Counted from the stretch's first letter, positions 27,516 through 37,049 are shown. The stretch: DNA of 64,000 bases from an uncultured Dehalococcoidia bacterium (GCA_964599885.1 CAZRHH010000005.1:23431-87430), one strand, 5' to 3'. Notes: generated by a model not told the origin, from the sequence alone. Numbers and translations: made by a program.

Positions 27516-27833
27516 ATGGTCACCGAAAATCCGCAAGATCCGAGCGGACTCAATGTGTCGCAGCCGCAAAAGACGCTCATGGAGCGCAAGGAGATACTCG
27601 CGCGCCAGATTCAAATGGCCGTAGCGCAGGGCGGTCGTGTCGAGTCTCAGAGTGACGCCAACGCCGTCATCGTCAAAGGTAAGCAGGTGAACCATCTACT
27701 TCATTTCTTAATCGGAGTGTTCACCTGTGGCCTTTGGTGGATTGCATGGTTGATCATCGCAATCACCGGCGGGGAGAAGCGGGAGATGGTCGTAGTGGAC
27801 GATTGGGGAAATGCCTCCGTCCAGCACGTGTAA
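27516..27833 (+). CDS. Hypothetical small membrane protein
   Basis: 105 aa with a soluble N-terminal region and one hydrophobic helix 'LLHFLIGVFTCGLWWIAWLIIAITG'. About 55% GC against about 65% for the flanks. Confidence 0.4.
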   Translation: MVTENPQDPSGLNVSQPQKTLMERKEILARQIQMAVAQGGRVESQSDANAVIVKGKQVNHLLHFLIGVFTCGLWWIAWLIIAITGGEKREMVVVDDWGNASVQHV

Positions 27834-27857
27834 AGGGGTCCCGGCCGACGAATCGCG

Positions 27858-28433
27858 CTACCGCATCGCCGCCTGATAGCCGCGCACGAACGGATTCTCC
27901 ACCCACGCCGCGATCTCCGGATCGGACGCGCGATCCGGCAGCGCCTTCAGCATGTCGGCGACGTGAATCGGGTCGTGCTGCGCCCAGCCGGTAAGAAACA
28001 GCTTCAGCGGCAAGTCGCTCGCCGCCCGCTTGGCGTCGGCCGCGAAATGCATCGTCTTGTCGATCTGTTCGCCAGTCAGCCGCGAAAGCGACGAGATCAG
28101 CGGCCCGCGGTTCGCAGCGGCTTCGGCAAAGACGCGATCAAGCGGCCACGCGCGCCGCTCCGCAACCTGCGCATCGTTGAACGCATCCACATCAAACGCC
28201 TCGCCGCCCGCGACACTCGAATCCACCAGGCCGCCCGCACCCACACCGTCGAACCAGCGCAACAGCGCCGTGTCCAGCGTGCCAAGATGCGCCGCGAAGT
28301 CGCGCACGACCCACGTGCTGGCAGGTACCGCCCGCAGCAGTTCTTCCTCGCTCAGCGAATAACAGAACTGCTCGAATCGGCGCCGGTTCTCACCGATCCT
28401 GTCGATTACTGCGCGAATGGTGTCATCCATCAT
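27858..28433 (-). CDS. DinB-like / maleylpyruvate-isomerase N-terminal-domain family protein
   Basis: 'WVVRDFAAHLGTLDTALL' N-terminal helix with His; about 190 aa, four-helix-bundle pattern. Confidence 0.65.
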   Translation of the reverse strand: MMDDTIRAVIDRIGENRRRFEQFCYSLSEEELLRAVPASTWVVRDFAAHLGTLDTALLRWFDGVGAGGLVDSSVAGGEAFDVDAFNDAQVAERRAWPLDRVFAEAAANRGPLISSLSRLTGEQIDKTMHFAADAKRAASDLPLKLFLTGWAQHDPIHVADMLKALPDRASDPEIAAWVENPFVRGYQAAMR

Positions 28434-29236
28434 CGTTGCTCCGCCGCCGGCGCTCGCTCGGCCGCCTGCTCATCCACCGTCACCGTATCGCCAACCGCGA
28501 TGTCACCGATTCGCTCCACCGTCGCGTACATGCCGAAGTTCGCCTCCTTGGGCTGATCCGTCCGGTATGACGCGATGAGCTTCAACGAATTCAGATCGTG
28601 CTCGCCGGTATCCGGATCGTGCGTCGTGATGACGCAGCGCGGGTCGCGCATCCGGACTCGCACCGCGACCGCATCGCCGATCCGCACCGATCGATCGATC
28701 CACTCGTCCTCGCCGTGCGCGCCGACGCCTGACAGATAGACGTTCGGCCGGAAGCGCCGCTCATCGACTCGCTCGCGCCCGGCGATCTCGGCGAACGCTG
28801 CGACCGACGCCGTCGAGCAGAGCGACACCGGAAAGCCGTCAAACGCCCCGCCGGCCTGCGCTGGCCGAACCAACCGCACGTCGGCGCCCACAAACGACGA
28901 TAACGCCGCCGACCACGGCCCATCGATGGTCACCGCGTGCAAGTCGCGCTTGCCGAAGAACCGCGTCGTGACTTCCTTACCGTCCGCCGGAGTGGCGTCT
29001 GCGACGCTGCCGTCGGGGAAGCGCAGTGCAAGACGTTCCGGTTTGCCCAGATACTCCGCTTGAATCTGCACCAGCGCGCCGCACTCACGCTGGGTATACA
29101 GCCGGTCGCGATCGTCGATCAGGAAGAAGCAGCGGTCGCCGTACAGTCCGCGCGTGCCGACGCGCGCACGCTCGACACGCTGCAGCGCCAGCGACTTCAC
29201 GGGCGAGATGTAGAGCGCTTCTACGCGGATGGCCAT
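28430..29236 (-). CDS. MOSC domain-containing protein (MOSC N-terminal beta-barrel + MOSC)
   Basis: Start at internal Met 'MAIRVEALYISPVKS'. 'RFRPNVYLSG', 'DPRCVITTHDPDTGE', 'ANFGMYATV' MOSC signatures. 4-nt overlap with the downstream gene. Confidence 0.8.
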   Translation of the reverse strand: MAIRVEALYISPVKSLALQRVERARVGTRGLYGDRCFFLIDDRDRLYTQRECGALVQIQAEYLGKPERLALRFPDGSVADATPADGKEVTTRFFGKRDLHAVTIDGPWSAALSSFVGADVRLVRPAQAGGAFDGFPVSLCSTASVAAFAEIAGRERVDERRFRPNVYLSGVGAHGEDEWIDRSVRIGDAVAVRVRMRDPRCVITTHDPDTGEHDLNSLKLIASYRTDQPKEANFGMYATVERIGDIAVGDTVTVDEQAAERAPAAEQR

Positions 29237-29358
29237 AGATGGTCTCCCGTCAGCCGGCACGTGGTACGTCATGGTACGCGAGCTTGCGGCTACGCGCGTC
29301 GCGTGGGAGAGTTCGGCGCGGTACCACCCGCACTCAGCGCAAGACGGGAGGATCCAGC

Positions 29359-30204
29359 ATGGGCAAGCTCGACGGGAAAGTCGTCATCGTCACGGGCGCG
29401 AGCCGCGGCATCGGCGCGGAGATCGCGCGGCTGTTCGGCGCGGAAGGCGGGAAGGTGATCTGCGCGGCCCGCACGCTGAAGGAGGGCGAGCACCAGTACG
29501 AGGGTTCGCTCGAAACGACCGTCAACGGCATCCGCAACGCCGGCGGCGAGGCGACCACAGTCACCGTCGATATCTCCCTGCCCGAGGATTGCGAGCGACT
29601 TGTCCAGTCAGCGCGGGACACCTACGGCCCTGCTGATGTCCTCATCAACAACGCGGCGCTCACCTACTTCGTGCCGGTGAAAGACTACCCGCTTAACCGA
29701 TGGATGCGTTCGTGGGCCGTGAACTTCCACGCACCGTTCCTTCTCACCAAGCTCGTGCTCGACGACATGACTTCGCGGCGCAGCGGCAGCATCGTCAACA
29801 TCTCGTCGTCGGCGGCGATCGGTCCGGGGCGCGGCCCGTACGAAAACAACGTCTACCGCGGCTCGACGTGCTACGGCGCCGAGAAGGCCGCGCTCGAACG
29901 CTTCACGCAGGGCGTCGCCGCCGAAGTGTACGAGTACGGGGTCTCGGTCTCGTGCTTCTCGCCGTCGCAGGTGGTGCCGACACCCGGTACCGTGCACCAC
30001 CGCCTCGTCAGCGGCCTCGATGATCCGCGCGGCGAGCCGACGGAGATCATGGCCCGGGCGGCGCTGCTACTCGCGACGGAGCCCGTCGAGAAAGTGAGCG
30101 GCCGCGTCACATACAGCCAGCAGATCCTCAAAGAGTTCGGCTGGATCGATGACGCGCACGGCGTCGGCGTCGACGTCCCCGGCACCGGCTACAGCCAGAT
30201 CTAG
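29359..30204 (+). CDS. SDR-family short-chain dehydrogenase/reductase
   Basis: SD GGGAGG. 'GKVVIVTGASRGIG' cofactor motif, 'NNAA', catalytic 'YGAEKAAL'. Confidence 0.85.
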   Translation: MGKLDGKVVIVTGASRGIGAEIARLFGAEGGKVICAARTLKEGEHQYEGSLETTVNGIRNAGGEATTVTVDISLPEDCERLVQSARDTYGPADVLINNAALTYFVPVKDYPLNRWMRSWAVNFHAPFLLTKLVLDDMTSRRSGSIVNISSSAAIGPGRGPYENNVYRGSTCYGAEKAALERFTQGVAAEVYEYGVSVSCFSPSQVVPTPGTVHHRLVSGLDDPRGEPTEIMARAALLLATEPVEKVSGRVTYSQQILKEFGWIDDAHGVGVDVPGTGYSQI

Positions 30205-30461
30205 CGCGCGAGTTGCCGCCGTAAACGAAGAGAACCGGCGCATCGCACCGGCCCTCGCGTCAAAAACCTCCGTGCCTGCCCTGAAAATAGCCTCAGACCA
30301 AGACGCGAAGGGGCGGTTTAGGCATGATCTCCGAAACCAAGCTCCCCCTCTCCAAGAATTTGGAGAGGGGGCCGGGGGGTGAGGCCGCACGTCGTGCAAC
30401 GCACCAAATTTTCATCGGGAGAGGTGAGGCCCGCCTCAGGAATAACTCTGTGGTGAATCCG

Positions 30462-32696
30462 TTACGAGCGCGAGCCCTCCGGCAGCGCCCCCGGCGCCTC
30501 ACGACGCGCGGCCGCGGCCTCCCGCTTCGCCTTCGACTCCACCTGGATCTCGGGCAACCATCGCAGCCACGACGGCAGATACCAGTTGCGATCGCCCAGC
30601 AACACCATGCTCGCTGGTACCAGCACCGACCGCACGATCGTCGCATCGATCACGACCGCCGCGCCAAGACCGAAACCCATCTGCTGAAACGCCGACATCT
30701 CGCCCATCGCGAAGCCTGCGAACACGGCCACCATGATCAGCGCCGCCCCGGTGATAATGCTCGCCGTCGACCGCACGCCGAACGCGATCGCGTCGCGGTT
30801 ATCGCCCGTCTCGTCGAAGCGCTCGCGGATCCGGCTCAGCAGGAACACGTGATAGTCCATCGATAGCCCGAACAGTACCGCGAACAGAAACAGCGGTACC
30901 CACGCCTCAATGCGGTCGACCGCACGGAACCCGAGCAACTCGTTGCCGACACCGTGCTGGAATACCAGCACCAGTAGCCCGTACGCCGCGCCGACCGACA
31001 GGAGGTTCATGATCATCGCCTTGACGGGCACGACGATCGACCGGAACACCACGAGCAGCACGAGGAAGCTCATGCCCAGCACGAAAGCAAACACGATCGG
31101 TGTGTACTGGTTGATCAGCGCGAAGTAGTCCTCCGTGCCCGCAGTGTCGCCCGTCACGAGCACTTCCGCGTCAACACCGGCGAACGCCGCCGGAATATAG
31201 TCGTCGCGAAGCTGCGCGATCGCGTCGTGCGCCGCGTCAGACTCCGGATCGCCCTGCACGGTGACGGACAGCAGCGCGAGATCGTTGCCTTCGCTCGTCT
31301 CGGTCGTCACGTCGCCGAAGCGTGCGTCTCCGGCCAGCGCCGACCGCAACTCGTCGATACCCGCTTGCACCGCCGGCACTGCCACATCGTCCGCCGCGAC
31401 GACGATCTCCGCCGGTTCGATCACGCCGCCCGAGAACTTGTCTTCGAGAATGGCGAAGGCCTGAAACGCCTCGGTGTCGGACGGCAGCGTGCTGACGCCG
31501 GCGAACCCCAGTTCAATCGTGAAGTACGGCAGCGACGCCCCGACGAGCAGCGCAACCGCCGCCATCACGCTGATAGCTGGGTGGCGCATCACGATGTGCG
31601 CGATCGCCGACCAGAATCCGCCATCCTCGCTCGCGTTCTTCTTCCGGCCGACGAGCGGCAGCGTCAGCCAATTGACCCGATCGCCCAGCAACTGCAGTAC
31701 CGCCGGCAGCAATGTCAGCGCCGCCAGAATCGCCACCACCACGACGATGATCGCGCCGGCGGCCAGGCTCCGGAAGATCGAGTCCGGCACGATCAGCAAC
31801 CCCGCCAGCGCGACGATGACGGTGACGCCCGAAAACAGCACGGCGCGGTTCGCGGTCCCGCCGGCGATCGCGATCGCGTCGGCGGTACTTGCGCCGAGTC
31901 GCCGTTCTTCGCGCACGCGTTCGACAATGAACAACGTGTAGTCGATGCCGACGGCCAGCCCCATCATCGTGATCATGTTGACGACGAAGATGGACAGTTC
32001 GAACTGCATCCCCACCACTGCCGTCACGCCCACCCCGATGACAATCGACAGCAGCGCCATAATGATCGGTATACCGGCCGCTACGAGCGCGCCAAAGACC
32101 ACCGCCAGGATGATCAGCGCCACAGGTAGGCCGAAGATCTCCGCGGTCTGCAGGTCAGCTTCCGAGATCTCCGTGAAAGTCAGACCAATGCTACCTTCGC
32201 CTACGGCCACGACAGTGAAACCCACGTTGTCGCGCTCGTTGAGGCGATCGCGGAGCACTTCAGCGCTCTCCTCCTCGTCTCCGAGAACGCCGACGGGAAT
32301 CAGCATCGTCGTGCGGTCGTCCGATACCAGCGACGCTTCGTCTGTCTCGTAGAAGCTGATCACATCGCCGATCGCGCTGGCGTCGAGGCTGCGGATATCG
32401 CCGACGAGCGCATCGACGAACGCGCGATACGCTGCGTCGTCCGCCGTCAGCGTGTCCGACTGCACGATCACCTGCTCCGTCGGAAGCTGCGGTTCGCGTA
32501 GTCTCTCTTCGATGAGACGATCCGCCTTGTCGGACTCGAATTCGACCGCTGTACTCTGATCGGTTGTCAGCACGTCGCCGACACCCATGGCCAGGAAGCC
32601 ACCAGCAACGAGCAGCACGATCCATGCTCCGACCGTCAGCCACGGCCTGCGCGCGCTGACCCGTGCGAGACGCTCAGTCGACAAAAACGAAAACAT
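30462..32696 (-). CDS. MMPL-family (RND superfamily) membrane transporter
   Basis: 744 aa with two blocks of 5-6 TM helices separated by periplasmic domains. Conserved 'GVDYTLFIVERVREE' and 'GLSMDYHVFLLSRIRE' motifs. Confidence 0.85.
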   Translation of the reverse strand: MFSFLSTERLARVSARRPWLTVGAWIVLLVAGGFLAMGVGDVLTTDQSTAVEFESDKADRLIEERLREPQLPTEQVIVQSDTLTADDAAYRAFVDALVGDIRSLDASAIGDVISFYETDEASLVSDDRTTMLIPVGVLGDEEESAEVLRDRLNERDNVGFTVVAVGEGSIGLTFTEISEADLQTAEIFGLPVALIILAVVFGALVAAGIPIIMALLSIVIGVGVTAVVGMQFELSIFVVNMITMMGLAVGIDYTLFIVERVREERRLGASTADAIAIAGGTANRAVLFSGVTVIVALAGLLIVPDSIFRSLAAGAIIVVVVAILAALTLLPAVLQLLGDRVNWLTLPLVGRKKNASEDGGFWSAIAHIVMRHPAISVMAAVALLVGASLPYFTIELGFAGVSTLPSDTEAFQAFAILEDKFSGGVIEPAEIVVAADDVAVPAVQAGIDELRSALAGDARFGDVTTETSEGNDLALLSVTVQGDPESDAAHDAIAQLRDDYIPAAFAGVDAEVLVTGDTAGTEDYFALINQYTPIVFAFVLGMSFLVLLVVFRSIVVPVKAMIMNLLSVGAAYGLLVLVFQHGVGNELLGFRAVDRIEAWVPLFLFAVLFGLSMDYHVFLLSRIRERFDETGDNRDAIAFGVRSTASIITGAALIMVAVFAGFAMGEMSAFQQMGFGLGAAVVIDATIVRSVLVPASMVLLGDRNWYLPSWLRWLPEIQVESKAKREAAAARREAPGALPEGSRS

Positions 32697-32855
32697 CGCC
32701 GGATTCCTCCAATGCCTGGCCAGCCCCTAACCGTCTCCCGATCCCGCGGCAACTCCTCCGTACCCAACTGACCTCCGACGACTGCCGCGCATGCCGCAGC
32801 CCGCGCTCGCGCTCGAGCGCGTACGTCCGTGCCATCATCTCCAGATCGAAGTTCA

Positions 32856-33485
32856 TCATCGTGCGTCATCCTCGCCGTCCCCACGCGTCCAGAACATGCC
32901 GCCCATCATCGCTTTGAGTACCGCCACGTAACGCTGAACGTCCACCTTGTGCCCGCTGGCCATCTGGATCACCAGGCCGTCGAGCGACGCGACCATCAGC
33001 CGTGCCACCGACTCCGCGTCGAGCCGCTTGTTGATGTCGCCGGCCTGTTGAGCGCTGCGGATGATCTCCGCGAACGGCCCGACTAACCCGTCGTAGCTGC
33101 GGCTCAGCGTCTCGCGGATCTTCGGATTGCGGGGCGCCTCCGACCACAGTTCGATGTCGACGCATTGACAGGCGTGCGCGTCCGGCGCGTCGAGCTGGCT
33201 GAAAAACGCATCCGCCAATTCGCCCAGCACGACGAGCGTGTCGCCCTTGCCGCGAATGCTGGCAATCACCTCGTCGCGACGGTCGAAGCTTTCCTCGCTC
33301 ATCGCGCCGACGATGTCTTCCTTGCTAGGGAAGTAGCGGTAGATCGCGCCCGCGCTGATGCCCGCTTCCGTCGCGATGTCCTGGACCGTCGCTCGGGCAA
33401 AGCCCTTCTGCGCGAAGACCTTGCTCGCCGCATCCTTGATGTCCTCGGTGCGGGCGTCGATGTGCGCCTGGGTTACCTTCGTCAT
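32856..33485 (-). CDS. TetR-family transcriptional regulator
   Basis: Start at internal Met 'MTKVTQAHIDARTEDIKDAASKVFAQKGFARATVQDIATEAGISAGAIYRYFPSKEDIV' (HTH). Immediately upstream of the MMPL gene on the same strand. Confidence 0.85.
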   Translation of the reverse strand: MTKVTQAHIDARTEDIKDAASKVFAQKGFARATVQDIATEAGISAGAIYRYFPSKEDIVGAMSEESFDRRDEVIASIRGKGDTLVVLGELADAFFSQLDAPDAHACQCVDIELWSEAPRNPKIRETLSRSYDGLVGPFAEIIRSAQQAGDINKRLDAESVARLMVASLDGLVIQMASGHKVDVQRYVAVLKAMMGGMFWTRGDGEDDAR

Positions 33486-33509
33486 GCAGCGACCTCTCCT
33501 TCCCATGTT

Positions 33510-33540
33510 TGAATGAACCATCATTCACTTGAATGAACAG
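33510..33540. promoter_or_regulatory. Candidate TetR operator: palindrome TGAATGA-ACCA-TCATTCA plus a third TGAATGAAC half-site
   Basis: Lies 25-55 nt upstream of the tetR ATG on the coding strand; perfect 7-4-7 inverted repeat. Confidence 0.45.
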
Positions 33541-33727
33541 TACGTCAGTACATCGACCGAAGTCAAGAGTCTTCGTGTTAAGGTCACGATAAGGCCCGGT
33601 CGGCAGCGGCTGATAGGATGCCGAGAATGCGGATATCGCAGCTCGTTAGGACAAGCCGCACCCGCTAGAGGCGGCCAGATCTCTGCGCACTGAAAACTCG
33701 AGCGTGACAGGGGGCGTCGCACGACGC

Positions 33728-33934
33728 TTACCAGCGCACGCCGTTCTCCCGCAGCACGTCTCGCCAGAAGTACCAGCCCACAAGCAGGCCGCCGTTGCCG
33801 ACCGCGGCCGCAACTAGCACGAGCGCAGCCACGCTTGCCAGGCTGCGGTCACTGATCAGCGTGGCACCGACGCCGAGCAGCGCCACATAGATCGTCAACC
33901 CAAGGACGATGAACCGCAGCCGCGGCGGCTTCAC
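33728..33934 (-). CDS. Hypothetical small two-TM membrane protein
   Basis: 68 aa, two hydrophobic helices; ends 8 nt before the downstream GNAT gene start region. Confidence 0.3.
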   Translation of the reverse strand: MKPPRLRFIVLGLTIYVALLGVGATLISDRSLASVAALVLVAAAVGNGGLLVGWYFWRDVLRENGVRW

Positions 33935-33941
33935 AAAACGC

Positions 33942-35195
33942 CTAGAACTGGTCGGGGCAGTGCGGCGCGTACGCCGTGCGCCACATATCGTCCAGCATCG
34001 CCAAGGGTGCGTCCGGCGCCGCCTCGGCGCGCCCGTAGCGGACCGCCCGCGACGGCGACACCTGCCCGAAGAGCAACTGCGCCAGCGCCGACACGTCGAG
34101 CGTCAACTGCGGCGTGTCGGTCGTGCGCGCGATCGTCGCGCCACCCTCGCCCGCATCGAGCGCCCAGCGGCCCTCGTTCCAGGGGCACATCTCGTCACGG
34201 ATCTCGAACACGGCCCGCCCCTCGCCGTAGGGACGCAGAGGCAACGCCCGCTCGACATCGATCACGCGCCCCAGCAGCCAGTCACCGCGGGTCGCGTGCA
34301 GTTCGCTCGGGTCGAGCATCACGTCGAACGCCGGATCATCCGTAGGCGCCGCACGAAGAATGGTCACGGTAAGATCGAAGTTCTTCAGAAACTCCCACGT
34401 CGCCCGGTATGCCGAGGGCTTCAGCCAGACGTGGTCGCGCATGAACACGCGCTGCCCGTTGCCGCCCGTATCGTTCAGGTTGACCGGGTGTCCGTACCAC
34501 TTCGCAGCGTACGTGACGTACCCCTGTGGCGTGCCGTTCTCCTCGTAGATGGCGATCAGGCTCGGTCCGGCATCGCCCGGCCCGACATCGTTCCGCGCGC
34601 CCAGCACCTGGGATTCCCAGATCACCGGCGCACGGTGCAGGTATCCGTTGCGCTCCCGCGCGAAGTCGCGATACATCGACTGCAGCAACGGCAGCTCGTC
34701 CCTCGAACCCTCGCGCCACGTGCCGGTCGGCTTCGGGACCGAGGGCGCGAAGTTCACCATTTTCGGATCGATGGCGTAGATGTAACGCGAAGAGCACACA
34801 GCATACCCGTACCGCTGATAAATGGCCGCAATCGACGCCAGCAGCACGGCGATCGGCTCCATCCGCTGCTCGTACCGCCGCTTGAAATCCGTCTCCATGA
34901 TCTGCCGCAGATGACCCCGCCGCCGGAACTGCGGCAGCGTCCCAACGACGGTGACGCCCGCGGCCGGCGCCTTGCCGCCGTTTAGCCGCATTACGAACGG
35001 GAACGCCCCATACGTCGTCGCGAGCTCACCGTCCTCGAAGGCGCATAACGTCCATTCCGGCGCGATGCGGAAGTCGGCGTCGACGGGCGGAGCATCGGCC
35101 CGCCGCGGTCCCGTGTAGTTACCGAAGACGATCGAAGGCACGCGGTAGAACGCGTCTTTCTCCTCTTCGCGATACGGACGTATTTCGAGCGCCAT
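33942..35195 (-). CDS. GNAT N-acetyltransferase with C-terminal SCP2-like domain (Eis-like architecture)
   Basis: 'QFRRRGHLRQIM' acetyl-CoA-binding motif, a second GNAT-like fold, and a C-terminal about 100 aa sterol-carrier-like region. Confidence 0.65.
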   Translation of the reverse strand: MALEIRPYREEEKDAFYRVPSIVFGNYTGPRRADAPPVDADFRIAPEWTLCAFEDGELATTYGAFPFVMRLNGGKAPAAGVTVVGTLPQFRRRGHLRQIMETDFKRRYEQRMEPIAVLLASIAAIYQRYGYAVCSSRYIYAIDPKMVNFAPSVPKPTGTWREGSRDELPLLQSMYRDFARERNGYLHRAPVIWESQVLGARNDVGPGDAGPSLIAIYEENGTPQGYVTYAAKWYGHPVNLNDTGGNGQRVFMRDHVWLKPSAYRATWEFLKNFDLTVTILRAAPTDDPAFDVMLDPSELHATRGDWLLGRVIDVERALPLRPYGEGRAVFEIRDEMCPWNEGRWALDAGEGGATIARTTDTPQLTLDVSALAQLLFGQVSPSRAVRYGRAEAAPDAPLAMLDDMWRTAYAPHCPDQF

Positions 35196-35251
35196 TCATC
35201 TCCCTCGAACAACAGCCGCGCGATTGTACCAACCACCGGCGCAGCGAGCGA

Positions 35252-36130
35252 TCATGCCGGCGGTTCGCGCTCGTTCCTTCGTTGGACTGCCTGCTCGCGC
35301 AGCCAGCGGATCATCGGCGACGGCTCCAGCGGATGCCAGGCCTTCTTCCAGTGGTCGAAATCGCCCGCCCACGGCTCATCGAAATCGACCGCCACGGGCC
35401 CGGGTGGCTGCGCCGACACGAGCACGTCGAGCGCCGCTCGCACCACACGCGTCTGCAGTGCGGCGTCGTGCGCCATACCCAGCGTATGCCCGAACGGAAA
35501 CTCAACTCCAAGCGTGCGCGGAGCGCCAAGCCGCTCTCCCCACACCGGCATCATGTTCACGACGACGGTGCTGAGGCCGGCTGCCTCGAAGGATCGTGCC
35601 AGCGCATTCACGGCGCGGCTGCAGTCTGGTCAAACGGGTGTCAGTAGGACTCCGTCGACGCCGGCGGCAAGCATGCGGGCGGCCACCTCCGGTGCGTACC
35701 GCTGCGTCCACTCCGCCGTGTCCGGCTGATAGCCCATGAACGAGTAGTTCTCGTCGGCGAGCGCGCCGATCACGCCCTGCGCTTCGAGCTCCAGCATCCG
35801 GTGCACGGGCAGCGCGACGTTCACATCAGCGGCGATGTCCTCGTTATTGATGTGGAGATGCCCGGTCTGAACTTGCTCCTGTTTCAGCGAACGTGGCAAC
35901 GTCCGGTACGTCGGGTCGCCCCAGTCCGGATGCTCCTGCTCGCGCTCGTAGTCAAACGGCGGCTCGGCGCCCCGAACGTTGATTCCTGCGGTCGTCGCCA
36001 GCGCGATCTTCGCTTCGGCAAGCGGCTTCGCAAGCGGAGTCCACGGCACAGCATCGGGAGGCGGGACCACCATATTCGCGTAGTACCCCTTCATCGACGG
36101 GGGTAGCCACTTGTAACTATCGACGGCCAT
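35252..36130 (-). CDS. Selenoprotein of the glycine/betaine/sarcosine/D-proline reductase selenoprotein-B family (GrdB C-terminal half / PrdB-like); Sec encoded by UGA at 35632..35630
   Basis: ORFs 35630..36130 and 35252..35611 share one frame, separated only by TGA. The read-through product has 'GVDGVLLTPV-U-PDCSRAVNALARSFEAAGLSTVVVNMM', which aligns with the GrdB region 'AVILTAT-U-GTCTRCGATMVKEIEKAGIPVVHMC'. A GC-rich hairpin with GU in its loop starts 11 nt after the UGA. Confidence 0.7.
35598..35619 (-). promoter_or_regulatory. Candidate bacterial SECIS element
   Basis: 5'-GCC GCGC CGUGAAU GCGC U GGC-3' on the minus strand: a 7-bp stem with one bulged U and a 7-nt apical loop containing G-U 19-20 nt after the UGA. 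Confidence 0.5.
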
Positions 36131-36153
36131 ACATCGTCTCCCCTCGCACCGCG

Positions 36154-36510
36154 CTACCCAAGCTTCACCGCCGTCCCCGAAACGGTCACCATCAGCATCG
36201 AACCGCCGACCGTCTCGTAGTCGATATCGACGCCCAGGATCGCGTCAGCTCCCAGCGCCAGCGCGGCGTCCGTCATCTCGCCCATCGCTTCGTCGCGCCC
36301 GCGGCGCAGTTCCTTCTCGTAGCCCGTCGCGCGACCGCCCGTGATGTTCCGAAACTGCGCGCCGATATCGCGAAAGATGTTCGCGCCGAGAATCGTCTCG
36401 CCAGCGACCACCGCCAGATACTGGCTCACCGGCCGGCCCTCGATGATCGTCGTCGTCGTGATGATCACGTATTCACCCTCCCTAGCGCATCCGCGCGCCG
36501 TACAGATCAT
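36154..36510 (-). CDS. YbjQ-family (UPF0145/DUF74) protein
   Basis: '[43 protein letters not shown]...[14 protein letters not shown]...[13 protein letters not shown]' matches the YbjQ family pattern. Confidence 0.75.
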   Translation of the reverse strand: MICTARGCAREGEYVIITTTTIIEGRPVSQYLAVVAGETILGANIFRDIGAQFRNITGGRATGYEKELRRGRDEAMGEMTDAALALGADAILGVDIDYETVGGSMLMVTVSGTAVKLG

Positions 36511-36607
36511 CCGATGCAGCAGCCGCTGTGTCCAGCACGGAGCATTCTCCGAGGCGATGAGACGTCGCCCCGCGCGACAGGACCACGACCAGCAGCCCGG
36601 TTACCAA

Positions 36608-37049
36608 CTCAAAACAACCGCCGCGCGACGCCGGCCCGATATTCGAGGATCTGTCGCAGCTGCCGCCGCACGACCAGAGCGTGCGCAACGACCCCGACCG
36701 CGCCTAGCGGAAGGGCGTACTCGATCCGATCCGTCATCAGCGTGTCGCCGCCGATCGGCCTGAACGCATGCACGTGCGACCAGTACGCGCACGGCCCGCG
36801 CAGCTACACGTCGGCGAAGCGTGCGTCGTGTTCGTACTCCGTGATGCGCGTTGTCCAGCTAAGCGGCACGCCGAGCCACCGGATCGTGTAGTCGATCTCA
36901 CAGCCAGCGAACATTCGGTCTTGAGGCGAGCGTTTCACGCTCAACCGGAGCCGCGGCGGCGTGATCGCAGGGAGGTTGCGCGGGTCGGAGAAATATGCGA
37001 ACGTACGTTCGAGAGGTGCCCCGGCGAGCTGAGCCCGCTCGATCACCAT
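36608..37049 (-). pseudogene. SRPBCC (polyketide-cyclase/START-like) family gene with an in-frame TAG at 36806..36804
   Basis: The N-terminal 81 aa '...ITEYEHDARFADV' is followed by TAG. The same frame then continues 'LRGPCAYWSHVHAFRPIGGDTLMTDRIEYALPLG...'. In homologues the stop position is usually Gln (CAG). Confidence 0.5.

Noticed and set aside
35611-36130. Treating 35630..36130 and 35252..35611 as two independent genes (second starting at Met 'MNALARSF')
   Set aside because: Same frame, separated only by TGA. The junction reproduces the GrdB Sec motif (U-x-x-C) and a SECIS-like hairpin follows. A single selenoprotein is the better explanation.
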